Shown: in pieces, positions 35,734 to 45,890 of the stretch
Numbering within the stretch: the stretch's first letter is position 1
Layout of the letters: each line of letters starts with the position of its first letter
Assembly (NCBI GenBank): GCA_965215195.1
Contig: CBDCDC010000002.1
Coordinates: 3,648,001 to 3,712,000 of the forward strand
Direction of reading: 5' to 3'
DNA length: 64,000 bases
Origin: Candidatus Latescibacterota bacterium
GTDB lineage: Bacteria; Latescibacterota; UBA2968; UBA8231
Notes under the pieces: model-generated
What the model was told of the DNA's origin: nothing
Databases searched by the model: none
Seen by the model: the letters and a program-made list of their open reading frames with translations, nothing else
Translations under genes and position numbers: made by a program

Positions 35734-38085
35734 CTAGTAGGCTACGCTCACCAGCAGGGTTTCGGCCTCCGGCCCTGCGTCTGCCGGCACCTCTACGCGG
35801 CAGACGTAGACCCCGGGTAGCGCAGGCCGCTCGTTCACCATTCCATCCCACACTAGCTCCTGCGTCTCCCCTCGCCGACCGGAGACGACCCGGAGCAGGT
35901 GCCCTGCCAAGTTGTAGAGCCGTAGCTCAGCAGCGACTCTGGTGCGAAACAGATCAAAGGTAATGCGCAAATTGTCGTTGATTGCGTCGCCGTTTGGCGT
36001 GATGACGCGGCTCGATACGACGAGATTGCGGATAGTACCTCCTGTGGCTACATCCGGTAGGAAGACGAAGAGGGCCTCTCGGTCGGTGCGATCGGACTCG
36101 CCATCGCCGTCGTCGTCGACGTCCGGTGGCCTCACCTCTTGCCGATTATCCGGTTGTGCCGAGTTGGCCACAGATGCGAGGAAGCGGGTGGGATTGCTCA
36201 GCGGCCGCGCCGTGAACAGCACCTCTACCGAGTCCCGCAGCACGCGTCCGGGCATAGCGACGACGAGCGTGTCCGCGGTGGACTCGACCGATCCCGTGCG
36301 CTCTTCCCCATCAATGCGCAGCGACACATTCCGCACTTGTCCTGGCACGGGCAGAATCACGCGATCGAAGCCTCGATCCCGCGCCGTAAAGATCGGTTGC
36401 AGCACGTAGCGAAAGTCCTGCCACTCACCGGCGATCGCCTCCCGTGGATAGATCGCGGCCTCAACGCCTTTTTGCACCAGTGCTTCGTCGAAGTGAAGAG
36501 TCACTGACTTGAGTACCGGAGTGATTTGGGGATCGTCGGTCTCCAGACTCACCCGCATTCGCAATAGCTGTCTAGGGGTGGGCGACCGAAAGGGCTGGCC
36601 CGACGAAAGGTGCGGCTCACTCCAACCACTCCAGTCCGCACCTTCCTTGGGCACTTCGACGATCTCACCCCGCACCACTTTGGGCAGCTTGTTGTACTGG
36701 GCCTCGGTGATCGGCTCACCGTTTTTCTTAAAGAAAAACTGCTCCACATCGAGTTCGTTGCCCGTTCGAGTCTGCACGGTGATTCGGGTCCCCGGCGGGG
36801 TGTCGGCATCCCACGAGATCCCGGTGATGCTCTTGGTCCCCCCGAGGTCGATGAAGTCGGATGTCAAGGCCGCTTGTGCCGGGTAGCCAGCGGAATAGAT
36901 GAATACTTCCAGCATGATATAGCCAACCCTTCTGTCCTCGACGTCCATGTGGTTCCAGAACAAATAGCGGCCGACCCGATCTTGTAGCTGGTGGTCGAAG
37001 ACATAGCGTCCCGGTGCTTGGCTGTTGTCGACCAGCGAAACGCGCGTGTAGTCAAAGGGGCTGCGGAATGGATCGTCCCGGGCAATCGGCGTTCCGTCCG
37101 TCATCTCCAGATTATAGCCGGTGTTGGTACCGCCGATTCCGAACGTCGTTCGCCCTAGATGATTGGGAGGCCACTGGTAGAACACGATCCGGCTGACGTG
37201 GAAGAGGGCACCCAGATCCCACTCGAACCACATCCCCCCATCCTGCCAGAAGCGATTGAGGTTATTTGCAATCAAGGGCCATGCATTGTCCACGGTTCCA
37301 TCGCGCAGCTCCTCCACTTTTGGGCGTCCCGAGCGGATCGTCCCCCCCCGCTCAAAGGTCGTCAACGCGATATTATCGCCGATCGCGGTTACCTCGATCT
37401 CGGCCAGCGCCGCGTTTTCCCCGACCTCGTGGGGAAGGAAGCGGATGTAGTGTACGGGCATGAAGTCCAGCGACTTGCCCGTCACCAGATTCTCGCCGGT
37501 CGCAATGTCCCCGAAATCTTCAATCGACAAGGGAATGACGATCTCGACCAACTCGTTGGGCTCGGTGGTCGTGAAAACGCGCTGGAACCGCCAGACATCT
37601 GCGGATGAAGACACCGTGGAACCTTCGCTGACAAAAACCGAGAAATCCCGGAAGGGGCGTACGCCGAGGGTATCCGGAAAGACCAAGCGGATCTCCTTCA
37701 TCAGGACGAGGCGGCCCAAGTCGATGTGTATCCACGCATTGTCGGGATCGGCACCGGCGTCGGGCTGCCACCACGTCTCGCGGTCGTTATCGGCGAGCAA
37801 CCGGGCGTCGCGGTTGTTCGACTGTGCCGTCAGCCCGCCGAAGACCTCGCCACTTTTGCGGGTGGGATGCGAAAACAGGGACATGTCATCCATCGGATCG
37901 GTGTCCGTTCCGTACCACCCCAGCTCAACCTGCCCGTCTGGCCGCAACTGAATGGCCCCAATCGGGCTCGTCCACTCCTGCCAATCGCTGCGACGATCGA
38001 AGCGAAATTCATCGGCCGCGGCGCGACTGGACAGCAGCCATGCGGCCATGGCGATGATGCACAAGCTCGTTTTTGCCATAGTCAT
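35734..38085 (-). CDS. Secreted multidomain protein with discoidin-like regions and a FlgD/CHU_C-like C-terminal tail
   Basis: Signal peptide; WIHIDLG, WFEWDLG, TRTG...WSGWS.P...SP.PR; tail ITPNGDAIND...LYNLAG..LR...WDG...PGVY. Confidence 0.75.
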   Translation of the reverse strand: MTMAKTSLCIIAMAAWLLSSRAAADEFRFDRRSDWQEWTSPIGAIQLRPDGQVELGWYGTDTDPMDDMSLFSHPTRKSGEVFGGLTAQSNNRDARLLADNDRETWWQPDAGADPDNAWIHIDLGRLVLMKEIRLVFPDTLGVRPFRDFSVFVSEGSTVSSSADVWRFQRVFTTTEPNELVEIVIPLSIEDFGDIATGENLVTGKSLDFMPVHYIRFLPHEVGENAALAEIEVTAIGDNIALTTFERGGTIRSGRPKVEELRDGTVDNAWPLIANNLNRFWQDGGMWFEWDLGALFHVSRIVFYQWPPNHLGRTTFGIGGTNTGYNLEMTDGTPIARDDPFRSPFDYTRVSLVDNSQAPGRYVFDHQLQDRVGRYLFWNHMDVEDRRVGYIMLEVFIYSAGYPAQAALTSDFIDLGGTKSITGISWDADTPPGTRITVQTRTGNELDVEQFFFKKNGEPITEAQYNKLPKVVRGEIVEVPKEGADWSGWSEPHLSSGQPFRSPTPRQLLRMRVSLETDDPQITPVLKSVTLHFDEALVQKGVEAAIYPREAIAGEWQDFRYVLQPIFTARDRGFDRVILPVPGQVRNVSLRIDGEERTGSVESTADTLVVAMPGRVLRDSVEVLFTARPLSNPTRFLASVANSAQPDNRQEVRPPDVDDDGDGESDRTDREALFVFLPDVATGGTIRNLVVSSRVITPNGDAINDNLRITFDLFRTRVAAELRLYNLAGHLLRVVSGRRGETQELVWDGMVNERPALPGVYVCRVEVPADAGPEAETLLVSVAY

Positions 38086-38094
38086 CGCAAACTC

Positions 38095-40164
38095 CTAGTA
38101 GACGACGGGAACTGTCAGCAGTCGCCGTGCAGTCTCCCTTTGGGTATTTACCTCGACCAACAGCAGATACAGGCCTGGAGGGACTAGGTTGCGGTCATCG
38201 TCGAGACCATCCCAAGACACCTGCTGGGCCGATCGGCCCCGATCCTCAGCGGCCAAAATCGCAATATAGCGTCCGGCGACATCGTAGACCTTTACTGTCA
38301 CGTCTGCTTCGTCCACGAAGAGGACACTGAACTCGACTCGGATCTCGTCGTTCACCCGGTCCCCATTCGGGGTCAGGGCCGACTGCATCAGGCGGACCCC
38401 ATCGAGAACGGTCGTCCTCGCATCGCGCGAGAAGACCTGCAGACTGTTGGTGGAGACATCGTCCCTCGCGTTCCCCCCGTTCACCGACTGGGGCAGGTTG
38501 TCGCTGGCAGAGTCGAGGACCTCCCCGGCGAAGATCGTGGAAGAGGTAAAGAGAGAGGTCTCGAGGTCAATGCGGACGGGGCTATCATTGTTGCGCGACA
38601 CTCGGTTGGAGGTGAAGAAGATAAAAAGCTCACCGTCGGTGGCGATCCCATCCCCGGGCCACACGCTGTCGGGAGCCACCGAAACGAGGTCCGCATCGCC
38701 CATCCTCAGCCCCTCGAAACGAGTGCCAAAGGGGACCGTCAGCCGCACGGCATCAAATCCCTGTGAATCGCTGGCGAAGTCGGCCGCGATGTCGAAGTAT
38801 AGCTGACGGCGCTCTCCAATGGGGAATTCCGCCGGCTGGGCCTCAGGCGTCAGATCCGTCGGGGCCGCATCCGCCAAGGAGACCTCGCCGACGAGCGACG
38901 AGGCGAGCAATGGGGAAACTTCGAACTGGAGTGAATCGAGACGACCGATGGACAGCACATCGTCGGTCAGGAACGTCGCCCGGAACTGCAAATACTGTCG
39001 GCCGTCTGGGGATCGGTTCAACTGATTAGGGGAGCGATAGGGTGAAGACCACGGGGACCAGTTGGTCTCGTCGTCGAGGATGACACTGCGCTGATTGGGA
39101 TAGCGGACGGAGAGACTCTCCCGTCGGGGCAGGGAAGCTCGCTGCCATTCCGACGCTGTTACCTCCTTGTCGCGCCCGAAATCGTCTACGATGTAGTAGG
39201 ACCGGGGCGTGTCGTCGGTGCCGGAGCGCGTCTCCAAGAGCAGTCGGGCGACGCCTTCGGGGTCTTCGACGAGCGCGTCCGCTTCCCGGTCTCGTCGAAG
39301 CGAGCGGAAGGAGTAGGTGATCTCGCCGAAGTTGACGGGCTCATCGAGTGGAATGGCGGTGGAAACGTAATGTACGTGCGTCGGAACGCCCTCGCCGTAG
39401 ACCTGAAACTCGGCCATGCTGTAGAACTGGTCCGCCAAACTCAGATCGAGTCGGATGAATCTGGCCGGCTGCAGCGGAAAGCTGACATCGACTTGGCTTC
39501 TCGTATTGGACTTGGTTTCCTCGATGACGGTGGCGAGCGTCCGCTTGGGAATCGGCTCGGAGCCTTCGAGGAGAAATTCCTCGGCCTCGTTCTGTATTGA
39601 CAGACGATACGCCTGCGGCGACCCCTGCTTGTTGGGGATGCCGCGCTTATCGACACCCGATTGCCGAGGAAAAAATAGGATCCGGTTGATCGGCGTCTCT
39701 AAGACTAGATCGAAGGTCCAAATTTCTTCCTGCAGGCGCAGGATCTGGTTGAAGGTACTTATCGGCCCGTCTCCGACTAGCTGACGCAGTGAGATCGCTG
39801 TTTCGGGATCGCCGTCGATGATCACAGCCTCCTCGCGGCTGTAACCACCGTGCCAGAAACGCGGGTCAACGCCGGCTTTGAAACCAAAGGCCTTGCCTGT
39901 TGTCTGTCCCTCTGCCCAAGAGAGGCCGAATATATTGGCGAAGACCCCGGGGCCGACCATGATGTTCTCCCATGGCCGCAGCTCTCTGGGCTGCAATGCG
40001 CCCGGAGCGGTCGTGTCATCGAGGGCGACGGCCTCCTGACGCACTTGGGACCACGAGAAATCCCCTGCCACCCCGCCGATCTGCACGACGCGGGGCTGAC
40101 CGTAGGCCGCAACTGCTGGCGCGACCAGCAGGATCATTGCGGTAAGCATCATTCGCGTGTGCAT
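38095..40164 (-). CDS. Secreted multidomain protein with a FlgD/CHU_C-like tail (paralog)
   Basis: Signal peptide; AEFQVYGEG, TRSGTD...WSPWS...SP.GRQYLQF; tail LTPNGDRVND...VYDVAGR...WDG.D....VPPGLY. Confidence 0.78.
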   Translation of the reverse strand: MHTRMMLTAMILLVAPAVAAYGQPRVVQIGGVAGDFSWSQVRQEAVALDDTTAPGALQPRELRPWENIMVGPGVFANIFGLSWAEGQTTGKAFGFKAGVDPRFWHGGYSREEAVIIDGDPETAISLRQLVGDGPISTFNQILRLQEEIWTFDLVLETPINRILFFPRQSGVDKRGIPNKQGSPQAYRLSIQNEAEEFLLEGSEPIPKRTLATVIEETKSNTRSQVDVSFPLQPARFIRLDLSLADQFYSMAEFQVYGEGVPTHVHYVSTAIPLDEPVNFGEITYSFRSLRRDREADALVEDPEGVARLLLETRSGTDDTPRSYYIVDDFGRDKEVTASEWQRASLPRRESLSVRYPNQRSVILDDETNWSPWSSPYRSPNQLNRSPDGRQYLQFRATFLTDDVLSIGRLDSLQFEVSPLLASSLVGEVSLADAAPTDLTPEAQPAEFPIGERRQLYFDIAADFASDSQGFDAVRLTVPFGTRFEGLRMGDADLVSVAPDSVWPGDGIATDGELFIFFTSNRVSRNNDSPVRIDLETSLFTSSTIFAGEVLDSASDNLPQSVNGGNARDDVSTNSLQVFSRDARTTVLDGVRLMQSALTPNGDRVNDEIRVEFSVLFVDEADVTVKVYDVAGRYIAILAAEDRGRSAQQVSWDGLDDDRNLVPPGLYLLLVEVNTQRETARRLLTVPVVY

Positions 40165-40177
40165 AAATACTTCCTTG

Positions 40178-42046
40178 TTAGTAGGACACCGCCACTATCC
40201 GCAGACGCTCAAACGTTTCGGTCTGTGTTTCGACGCGCAGGCGGACGATGTAGTGCCCCGGAGGCAGTTTGTGGGCCTCGGTCCATGTGGTTAGGTAGCT
40301 GCCTGCCGCCTGATCCTCTTGCAGGAGAGTGTGAATGAGCCGACCCGATAGGTCGTGCATCGAGACGCGTACTTGCGCTGGTTCGATGAGGAATACGAGG
40401 TCGTACTGCACTGTTAGGTCGTCGTTTAGCTCGTCTCCATTCGGGGTCACAACCCCGGCATCCAGATCGAATCGGCCGAGCGGGGCACCGAGAGAACCGA
40501 AGACGACGACGGAATTCGTGCCGAGCAGATTGGTGGCATCACCGGGAGCAACCCGCTGCGGAACTGCGCCGGCTGAATCCAAGAGCCAACCCTCGAACAG
40601 GGTTGTGTACCGCAAGGGCGTTGCTGTAAACCGCACAAAGAGCGTGGCGTTGCTCTCGGCCGTGATTCGGCGGCTCGGAAAGAAGAAAGACATGCCGCTG
40701 TCAGCGAAAACGATGCTGTCGACGGCCACTTCCTCTCGGTCCTCGCCGATCAACACCGATTCCAACTGAGCCGTGCCCGGCGTTGCGATGCGCAAGCCAT
40801 CGAACCCCTCGTCGCCGGACAGATCCGCAGCCAAGGCGTACTCGAAGGTCGCCGGCTGCCCCGTAGCGACGGTGGCCACACCTGCCTGCGGGAAGGGATC
40901 GCCGCTGCGCACGACCTCGGCTCGCGTCCTCTGGGCAAGGGGTGCCGAGTGGGTGAACTCTAGTGCATCTATGCGGATTACGTCGGTCGCAGTGCCCTCG
41001 AAGAAGAATCTGAACTGGAAGAAGGGCCTCGGCATCGGCAGAAAATCGAGGCTAATCTCGTAGGAACCCGTCGAATCAATTGTCACCGGATTTGACCACG
41101 CACTCCAGTTTGCGGCATCGTATCTCGTCGTGCGCTCGCGGTCGATGAGGTTCTGGTACGCCTCCTCTGAGATCTCCGTCTCACTGCCGGTTTCGAGATC
41201 GATCTGGAAATAGGACTCGGGAGAGGTGTCGTTGCCCGCCCGCACCTGGAACACCGCCTGCACCGGATCGTCCGCAGCCGCGTCGGGCTCGGTGGATACG
41301 CGGGTCGAGTGGACCGTTAGGCGACCAAAGTTGCGCACACCTCCTCCAGCGAAGTCAATGAAGTTGGAGACGTACTGAGCACGGGGCACAAACCCCCGGC
41401 CAAACACCTCAATCTCGGCGATGTCAAAGGGGTTCGGTTCCAGCGTTTCCAAGCGGATGTACCTGACGAGCTGGCGTGGAAACTCGGCCTCCGTCCGAAC
41501 CTCGTTGGAAATCTCGACCCGTGCCAAGGTCTCGTAGATCGGCCGCTCGTCTGCTCCAAAAGAGCGCCCGTCGCTAACCTTGACCTCGTAAGCCCGCAGG
41601 AAGGCGGTGCTATCTGTCGGGTTGGGAAAAAAGGCAATCCGTTCGACGGGAAACGAGGCACCTAAATCGAAGACGAAGATCCGGCCGTCCTGAGACTGGC
41701 CAGGAATCTGAAACCGCTCCCCAGTGGATGTGTTTGGGTTGCCGTCGACGAGAACGTTATTCGGCTGACCGTCGGCAACGCGCGCCCACACCCGTGCCCC
41801 GCCCTCGGGGATGAACTCGTCCGGGCCCGTTCCAACATCTGTCCAGCGAACAGTGGCGACGATGTTCTCGTCGGCTGTGAAGCCGGCCGGTAGCAGCAAA
41901 TCGGCCGCGACCTGCGCCCCCGCAGCCACTAGCTCCACGCTCTGCCAAGTGTCGCCGCCCCGTCCGATGCGCACGGTCTCGATCTGGCCGCCCGCATCAA
42001 TGCTCAGGAGAAACGTCAGGACAAGCGGGATGGCTGTCAGGAGCAC
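40178..42046 (-). CDS. Secreted multidomain protein with a FlgD/CHU_C-like tail (paralog)
   Basis: FDLGASFPV.RI.FFP, AEIEVFGRG, RAGND...WSAWS; tail VTPNGDELND...HDLSGR...PPG.Y. Confidence 0.78.
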   Translation of the reverse strand: MLLTAIPLVLTFLLSIDAGGQIETVRIGRGGDTWQSVELVAAGAQVAADLLLPAGFTADENIVATVRWTDVGTGPDEFIPEGGARVWARVADGQPNNVLVDGNPNTSTGERFQIPGQSQDGRIFVFDLGASFPVERIAFFPNPTDSTAFLRAYEVKVSDGRSFGADERPIYETLARVEISNEVRTEAEFPRQLVRYIRLETLEPNPFDIAEIEVFGRGFVPRAQYVSNFIDFAGGGVRNFGRLTVHSTRVSTEPDAAADDPVQAVFQVRAGNDTSPESYFQIDLETGSETEISEEAYQNLIDRERTTRYDAANWSAWSNPVTIDSTGSYEISLDFLPMPRPFFQFRFFFEGTATDVIRIDALEFTHSAPLAQRTRAEVVRSGDPFPQAGVATVATGQPATFEYALAADLSGDEGFDGLRIATPGTAQLESVLIGEDREEVAVDSIVFADSGMSFFFPSRRITAESNATLFVRFTATPLRYTTLFEGWLLDSAGAVPQRVAPGDATNLLGTNSVVVFGSLGAPLGRFDLDAGVVTPNGDELNDDLTVQYDLVFLIEPAQVRVSMHDLSGRLIHTLLQEDQAAGSYLTTWTEAHKLPPGHYIVRLRVETQTETFERLRIVAVSY

Positions 42047-42047
42047 G

Positions 42048-42770
42048 TCAGCGCACCGAAACGGTAGCGGGTGGCCGGTATCCCTTGAAGACGTCGCGTT
42101 GGAACCCGTAGGTCAGATCTACGGTCTCCACCGGCTCATCAGCGTAGTTGAAACGAACGGCAACGTCGTTGACGTGGACGGCCAACTCGGCCACGTCCGG
42201 GGGCATGGGTGGAAATACGATAAAGCCTTCGTACTCTTGGCCGCTGAAGATCATCTCGTCGGCATACATGTGGAGACGCAGCAGATCTTCACGCTCGCGC
42301 ATGCGCACATAGTAGTTCCCGGCCCAAGCCAACGCATACGCTCGGTAGTACTCACTGATTTCGAGGAATGTCAGGGGCTTGTAGAAACGCTCGCTGGCGG
42401 ATCGCAACTCAATTCTAGACGGATCGATCTTGACCTTCGGATACGCATAGTTTTTGATCCGCAGAAGGAATACGGTAAATCGCTGGGGCGTAAATGACTC
42501 TCCTGGGGGGGTCCAATCGCCGAATGTAAAGGGGTTAGTGGAGCGTGCTCCGTTGGCCGACTTTGTGGCGAAACTGCGGTTGAGCTCCGCGTCCGTCATG
42601 GGTCGCAGCGCGATATCGAGCCTCTCGAAGACGTAGGCCACCGATCCATCGTCGTGGACCACCATGTGTTCGCCTTGCTCGGACTTGGGCTTGGGCTGGA
42701 GAGGCCCCGGGAAGTAGCGCCCACAGCCGGACACAATCAGAATCAGCAGGCAGCTACAAATCGCTCTCAA
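42048..42770 (-). CDS. Lipoprotein of unknown function
   Basis: Lipobox IVSGC; beta-rich Ig-like pattern (FLLRIKN...GQEYEGFIVF). Confidence 0.75.
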   Translation of the reverse strand: MRAICSCLLILIVSGCGRYFPGPLQPKPKSEQGEHMVVHDDGSVAYVFERLDIALRPMTDAELNRSFATKSANGARSTNPFTFGDWTPPGESFTPQRFTVFLLRIKNYAYPKVKIDPSRIELRSASERFYKPLTFLEISEYYRAYALAWAGNYYVRMREREDLLRLHMYADEMIFSGQEYEGFIVFPPMPPDVAELAVHVNDVAVRFNYADEPVETVDLTYGFQRDVFKGYRPPATVSVR

Positions 42771-42804
42771 AACGATCTCTCCGCGCAGTGCAGTTTAGAT
42801 AAAA

Positions 42805-42833
42805 TAAGGAGGGAGGACCGTCCTCCCTCCTTA
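42805..42833. terminator. Perfect hairpin between the first and second genes of the operon
   Basis: TAAGGAGGGAGGAC-C-GTCCTCCCTCCTTA. Confidence 0.7.
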
Positions 42834-42865
42834 GATGGAACAAGAGCTGTGGAGCGTTTCCCTAC

Positions 42866-43759
42866 TTACCGCATCAGGGCTTTCACCGCACCCCAGCTAC
42901 TCCCCTCGACGGCTGTGGCGAACTCACCGGTGCTTAGCAAGGTAAATTCGGAGGAGAATTCCGAGCTATGGGCACCGCCGTTTTGGATGTGCGTCGTGAT
43001 TTGGTGCGTTCGGCCTCCACTGTCCGCCTCATTGAGGCTCAGTGACATGCCGATCGTCTGGCCTGCTTCAAATATCCAGCGGACGCTTGCGTCGCGGCCA
43101 TCTGGCTGGTACGGATCGTAGGCCTCCATGCGAACTTCGTAGTTCACCGTCACGTCAGCGGCCAAGTGCCCGGCACCCGCTGGCGAGACCACGACGGCCC
43201 CCTCAACAGCACCCGACTCGGGACCCCACTGCATCTCCGCAGGCTGGTTCCAGCGCAGGAAGGACACGAGGGGGTAACCTCCGGGACGGGCGTAGTGGAA
43301 GGTCCACTGCTGGTGTCCGGTGCGGAGGGCGTCAGCCGCCTCGTTCCACACGCCGTGGTCGGGATCCAGAATGAGCTCGAGATCGTCGTCATGCCAACCA
43401 TCGTTTGGCTCGGTGACATCGGCGTTCAGCGTGTCGTCGACGACGCGCGTGAATACGTAGAGCCGATTGTCCGGCTCCGGTGTCCAGCCGACGTGGTGAG
43501 CGATGTCGAGGTCGCTGCGCGCTGGAAACTCACCCTCGCCGATCACGTCGCACAGTTGGTCGCGACCGATGATGAAGTCCGGATCGTACCAGGCCCAGTC
43601 GCTGTCGTCGCCATCGGGGTTCATGGATTCTGGGTTTGGCACCTGCAGGGCAAAATAGCCGATACCGTTGCAGTTTTCGTATGCCGCTACCGGAGCCGCG
43701 AAACCTGCCAGCAGCACAGTGCCGAGGACTAGTGTGCTGAGAACTGCTTTCTTGTGCAT
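42866..43759 (-). CDS. Secreted CBM9/DOMON-like protein with ATAVEGSSWGAVKALMR tail
   Basis: GAGGAG RBS, signal peptide, VGW...NRLYVF..VVDD, DDLELILDPDHG; paralog of 26331-27227. Confidence 0.75.
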   Translation of the reverse strand: MHKKAVLSTLVLGTVLLAGFAAPVAAYENCNGIGYFALQVPNPESMNPDGDDSDWAWYDPDFIIGRDQLCDVIGEGEFPARSDLDIAHHVGWTPEPDNRLYVFTRVVDDTLNADVTEPNDGWHDDDLELILDPDHGVWNEAADALRTGHQQWTFHYARPGGYPLVSFLRWNQPAEMQWGPESGAVEGAVVVSPAGAGHLAADVTVNYEVRMEAYDPYQPDGRDASVRWIFEAGQTIGMSLSLNEADSGGRTHQITTHIQNGGAHSSEFSSEFTLLSTGEFATAVEGSSWGAVKALMR

Positions 43760-43884
43760 GAGATCTCCTCTCGTTCATGTCTTCACTTCACCCTTTGGCC
43801 GAAGGAAGACGGTAGATTGGCGCGGAAAAATGAACATCTACGCCGCTTGTGAATCAACCTATTATACAGGTTAGCGAAGGCAGT

Positions 43885-43913
43885 AATCTATGACGCGAGA
43901 GCAAAAATTTCAA
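43885..43913 (-). promoter_or_regulatory. Sigma70-type promoter of the leftward operon
   Basis: Minus strand TTGAAA-N17-TAGATT in an AT-rich divergent intergenic region; TGACT-N4-AGTCA palindrome just upstream at 43923-43936. Confidence 0.55.
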
Positions 43914-44177
43914 GACCTTTTTTGACTGGTGAGTCAGTAAGGTGCAAGGCGTACCTAAAAACAATAACATCTTTTATAAACAACTATTTGTCGTTTCTTC
44001 TATTGGAAGCCACTGGAGGTGAAAGGGCCTATCGCATCGCGGCTCCGCAGTCGCAATTGATACGACCAAATTTAACCTCTACACGCGCTTGACTGCGTCT
44101 TTGAAAGGTGAGTAACTTGAATCTCCGCTTGGATTCGGAGTATCGACGCTCCACGGATTAACTTATGATGTACTGTG

Positions 44178-45890
44178 ATGCACAGCAGCGATCCAAATGC
44201 ACAGACAAAGACGAGTCGATATCGTCGATGGATCCGTCGGGTGCTGCGAGTTGCTTTGGTGGCAGCACCCGTTTTGTCGGGCTGCAGCGACGATAGAAAA
44301 TCGGCTCTTACCCTCCCTCGATTCAGCGAGGTCGCGGCCGAGTCCGGGATCGAATTCCGCCACTTCAATGGTGCTGCCGGGTCCTACTACTATCCCGAAA
44401 CCCATGGCTCGGGTGCGGCATTTGCCGACTTCAACGGCGACGGCTTTCCCGATCTCTACGTCGTGAACAGCGCTGCTATCCACGGCGTACTCACCGCTCA
44501 TCTGCCTGCCAATGCCCTATTCGCGAATCAGACCGACGGGACCTTCGTCGATAGAGCAGCGGAGGCAGGGGTCGCCGACACGAGCTTTGGCATGGGGGTC
44601 GGCGTTGGGGACATCGACAACGACGGCCACGCCGATCTCTACGTCGCGAACTGGGGTGCCAATCGGCTCTACCGAAACTTGGGCCATGGCCGCTTTGCGG
44701 ACGTGACCGAACGGTCGGGAACCGGCGATCTGCGGGTATCGACGAGCACGGCCTTCGCCGACATCGATCTCGACAGTGATTTGGATCTGTATGTCGCCAA
44801 CGACGTGCGGATTGTCGGAGACGATCTCCCAGAGTGCTACCGCGGACTGATTCGGATCTACTGTGGCCCCGGTGCCTACCCCGGCGATTCCGGGTCTCTG
44901 TTCCGCAACGACGGCGACCTCCGTTTCACAGATATCACCGACTCAATGGGTGTCTGGAGCGAAGAAGGTCGGCAGCTAGGCGTGGCCTTCGCCGACTACG
45001 ACGATGACGGCGACCCCGATCTCTATGTCGCCAATGACCACGAGCCAAACTTCCTGTTCCGCAACGACGGGTCCCGATTCGCCGAGGTCGGTGTCTCCGC
45101 TGGCGTCGCCACGAGCCCCGATGGTGCCGCGGAAGCGGGCATGGGCACCGATTGGTCCGACTACGATCGCGACGGTCGCCTCGACCTAGGCGTGTGCAAT
45201 TTCCAGTGGGAGCCCTGCCGGCTGCTGCACAATGCCGGGGCGGGTCAATTCGCAGACCACACCGCGCAGAGCGGACTGGGAGGGCCGACCTATCAAACCC
45301 TCACCTTCGGGGCAGATTTCATCGATGTCGACAACGACGGATACCCCGATCTGTTCCTCGCCAACGGCCACGTTGAGCCCAACATCGAGATTCTCGACAG
45401 CGCCGGCCCGCGCTATGCGCAGCACGACCAGCTCTTCCTGAACAATCGCGACGGCACATTCACCGACGTGACCGCGGCGAGCGGTCTGACGGCGTTCTCC
45501 GCGGGCGTGGGGCGAGGCTCAGCCGCGGCCGACTACGACAACGACGGCGATGTCGACCTGTTCGTGTCAAACAACAACCAACGCCCGCACCTTCTCAGAA
45601 ACGACGGTGGAAACCGAGCCAACTGGATTTCAGTCGAGGTACAAGGTACGCGGAGCAATCGCAGTGGAATCGGCGCGCGCGTCACCGTGTTCTCCGCTGA
45701 TCTACAGCAGATGGCCGAGGTACGGGGGGGTAGCAGCTACCTGTCGCACAACGATCTGCGACTGCACTTCGGCCTTGGTCGCAGGACAACGGTGGACCGC
45801 ATCTTAGTTCGTTGGCCATCGGGTGGATTGCAGACTGTGGGCCCCGTGCCGGCAAGGCGCTTTGTGCGAATCGTAGAAGGCGAGCTGTGA
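44178..45890 (+). CDS. CRTAC1 family protein (FG-GAP repeats plus ASPIC/UnbV), lipoprotein
   Basis: Repeated DxNxDGxPDLYV motifs; C-terminal SNRSGIGARV...GGSSYLS.NDLRLHFGLG...VRWPSG; lipobox LSGC; start uncertain. Confidence 0.92.
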   Translation: MHSSDPNAQTKTSRYRRWIRRVLRVALVAAPVLSGCSDDRKSALTLPRFSEVAAESGIEFRHFNGAAGSYYYPETHGSGAAFADFNGDGFPDLYVVNSAAIHGVLTAHLPANALFANQTDGTFVDRAAEAGVADTSFGMGVGVGDIDNDGHADLYVANWGANRLYRNLGHGRFADVTERSGTGDLRVSTSTAFADIDLDSDLDLYVANDVRIVGDDLPECYRGLIRIYCGPGAYPGDSGSLFRNDGDLRFTDITDSMGVWSEEGRQLGVAFADYDDDGDPDLYVANDHEPNFLFRNDGSRFAEVGVSAGVATSPDGAAEAGMGTDWSDYDRDGRLDLGVCNFQWEPCRLLHNAGAGQFADHTAQSGLGGPTYQTLTFGADFIDVDNDGYPDLFLANGHVEPNIEILDSAGPRYAQHDQLFLNNRDGTFTDVTAASGLTAFSAGVGRGSAAADYDNDGDVDLFVSNNNQRPHLLRNDGGNRANWISVEVQGTRSNRSGIGARVTVFSADLQQMAEVRGGSSYLSHNDLRLHFGLGRRTTVDRILVRWPSGGLQTVGPVPARRFVRIVEGEL

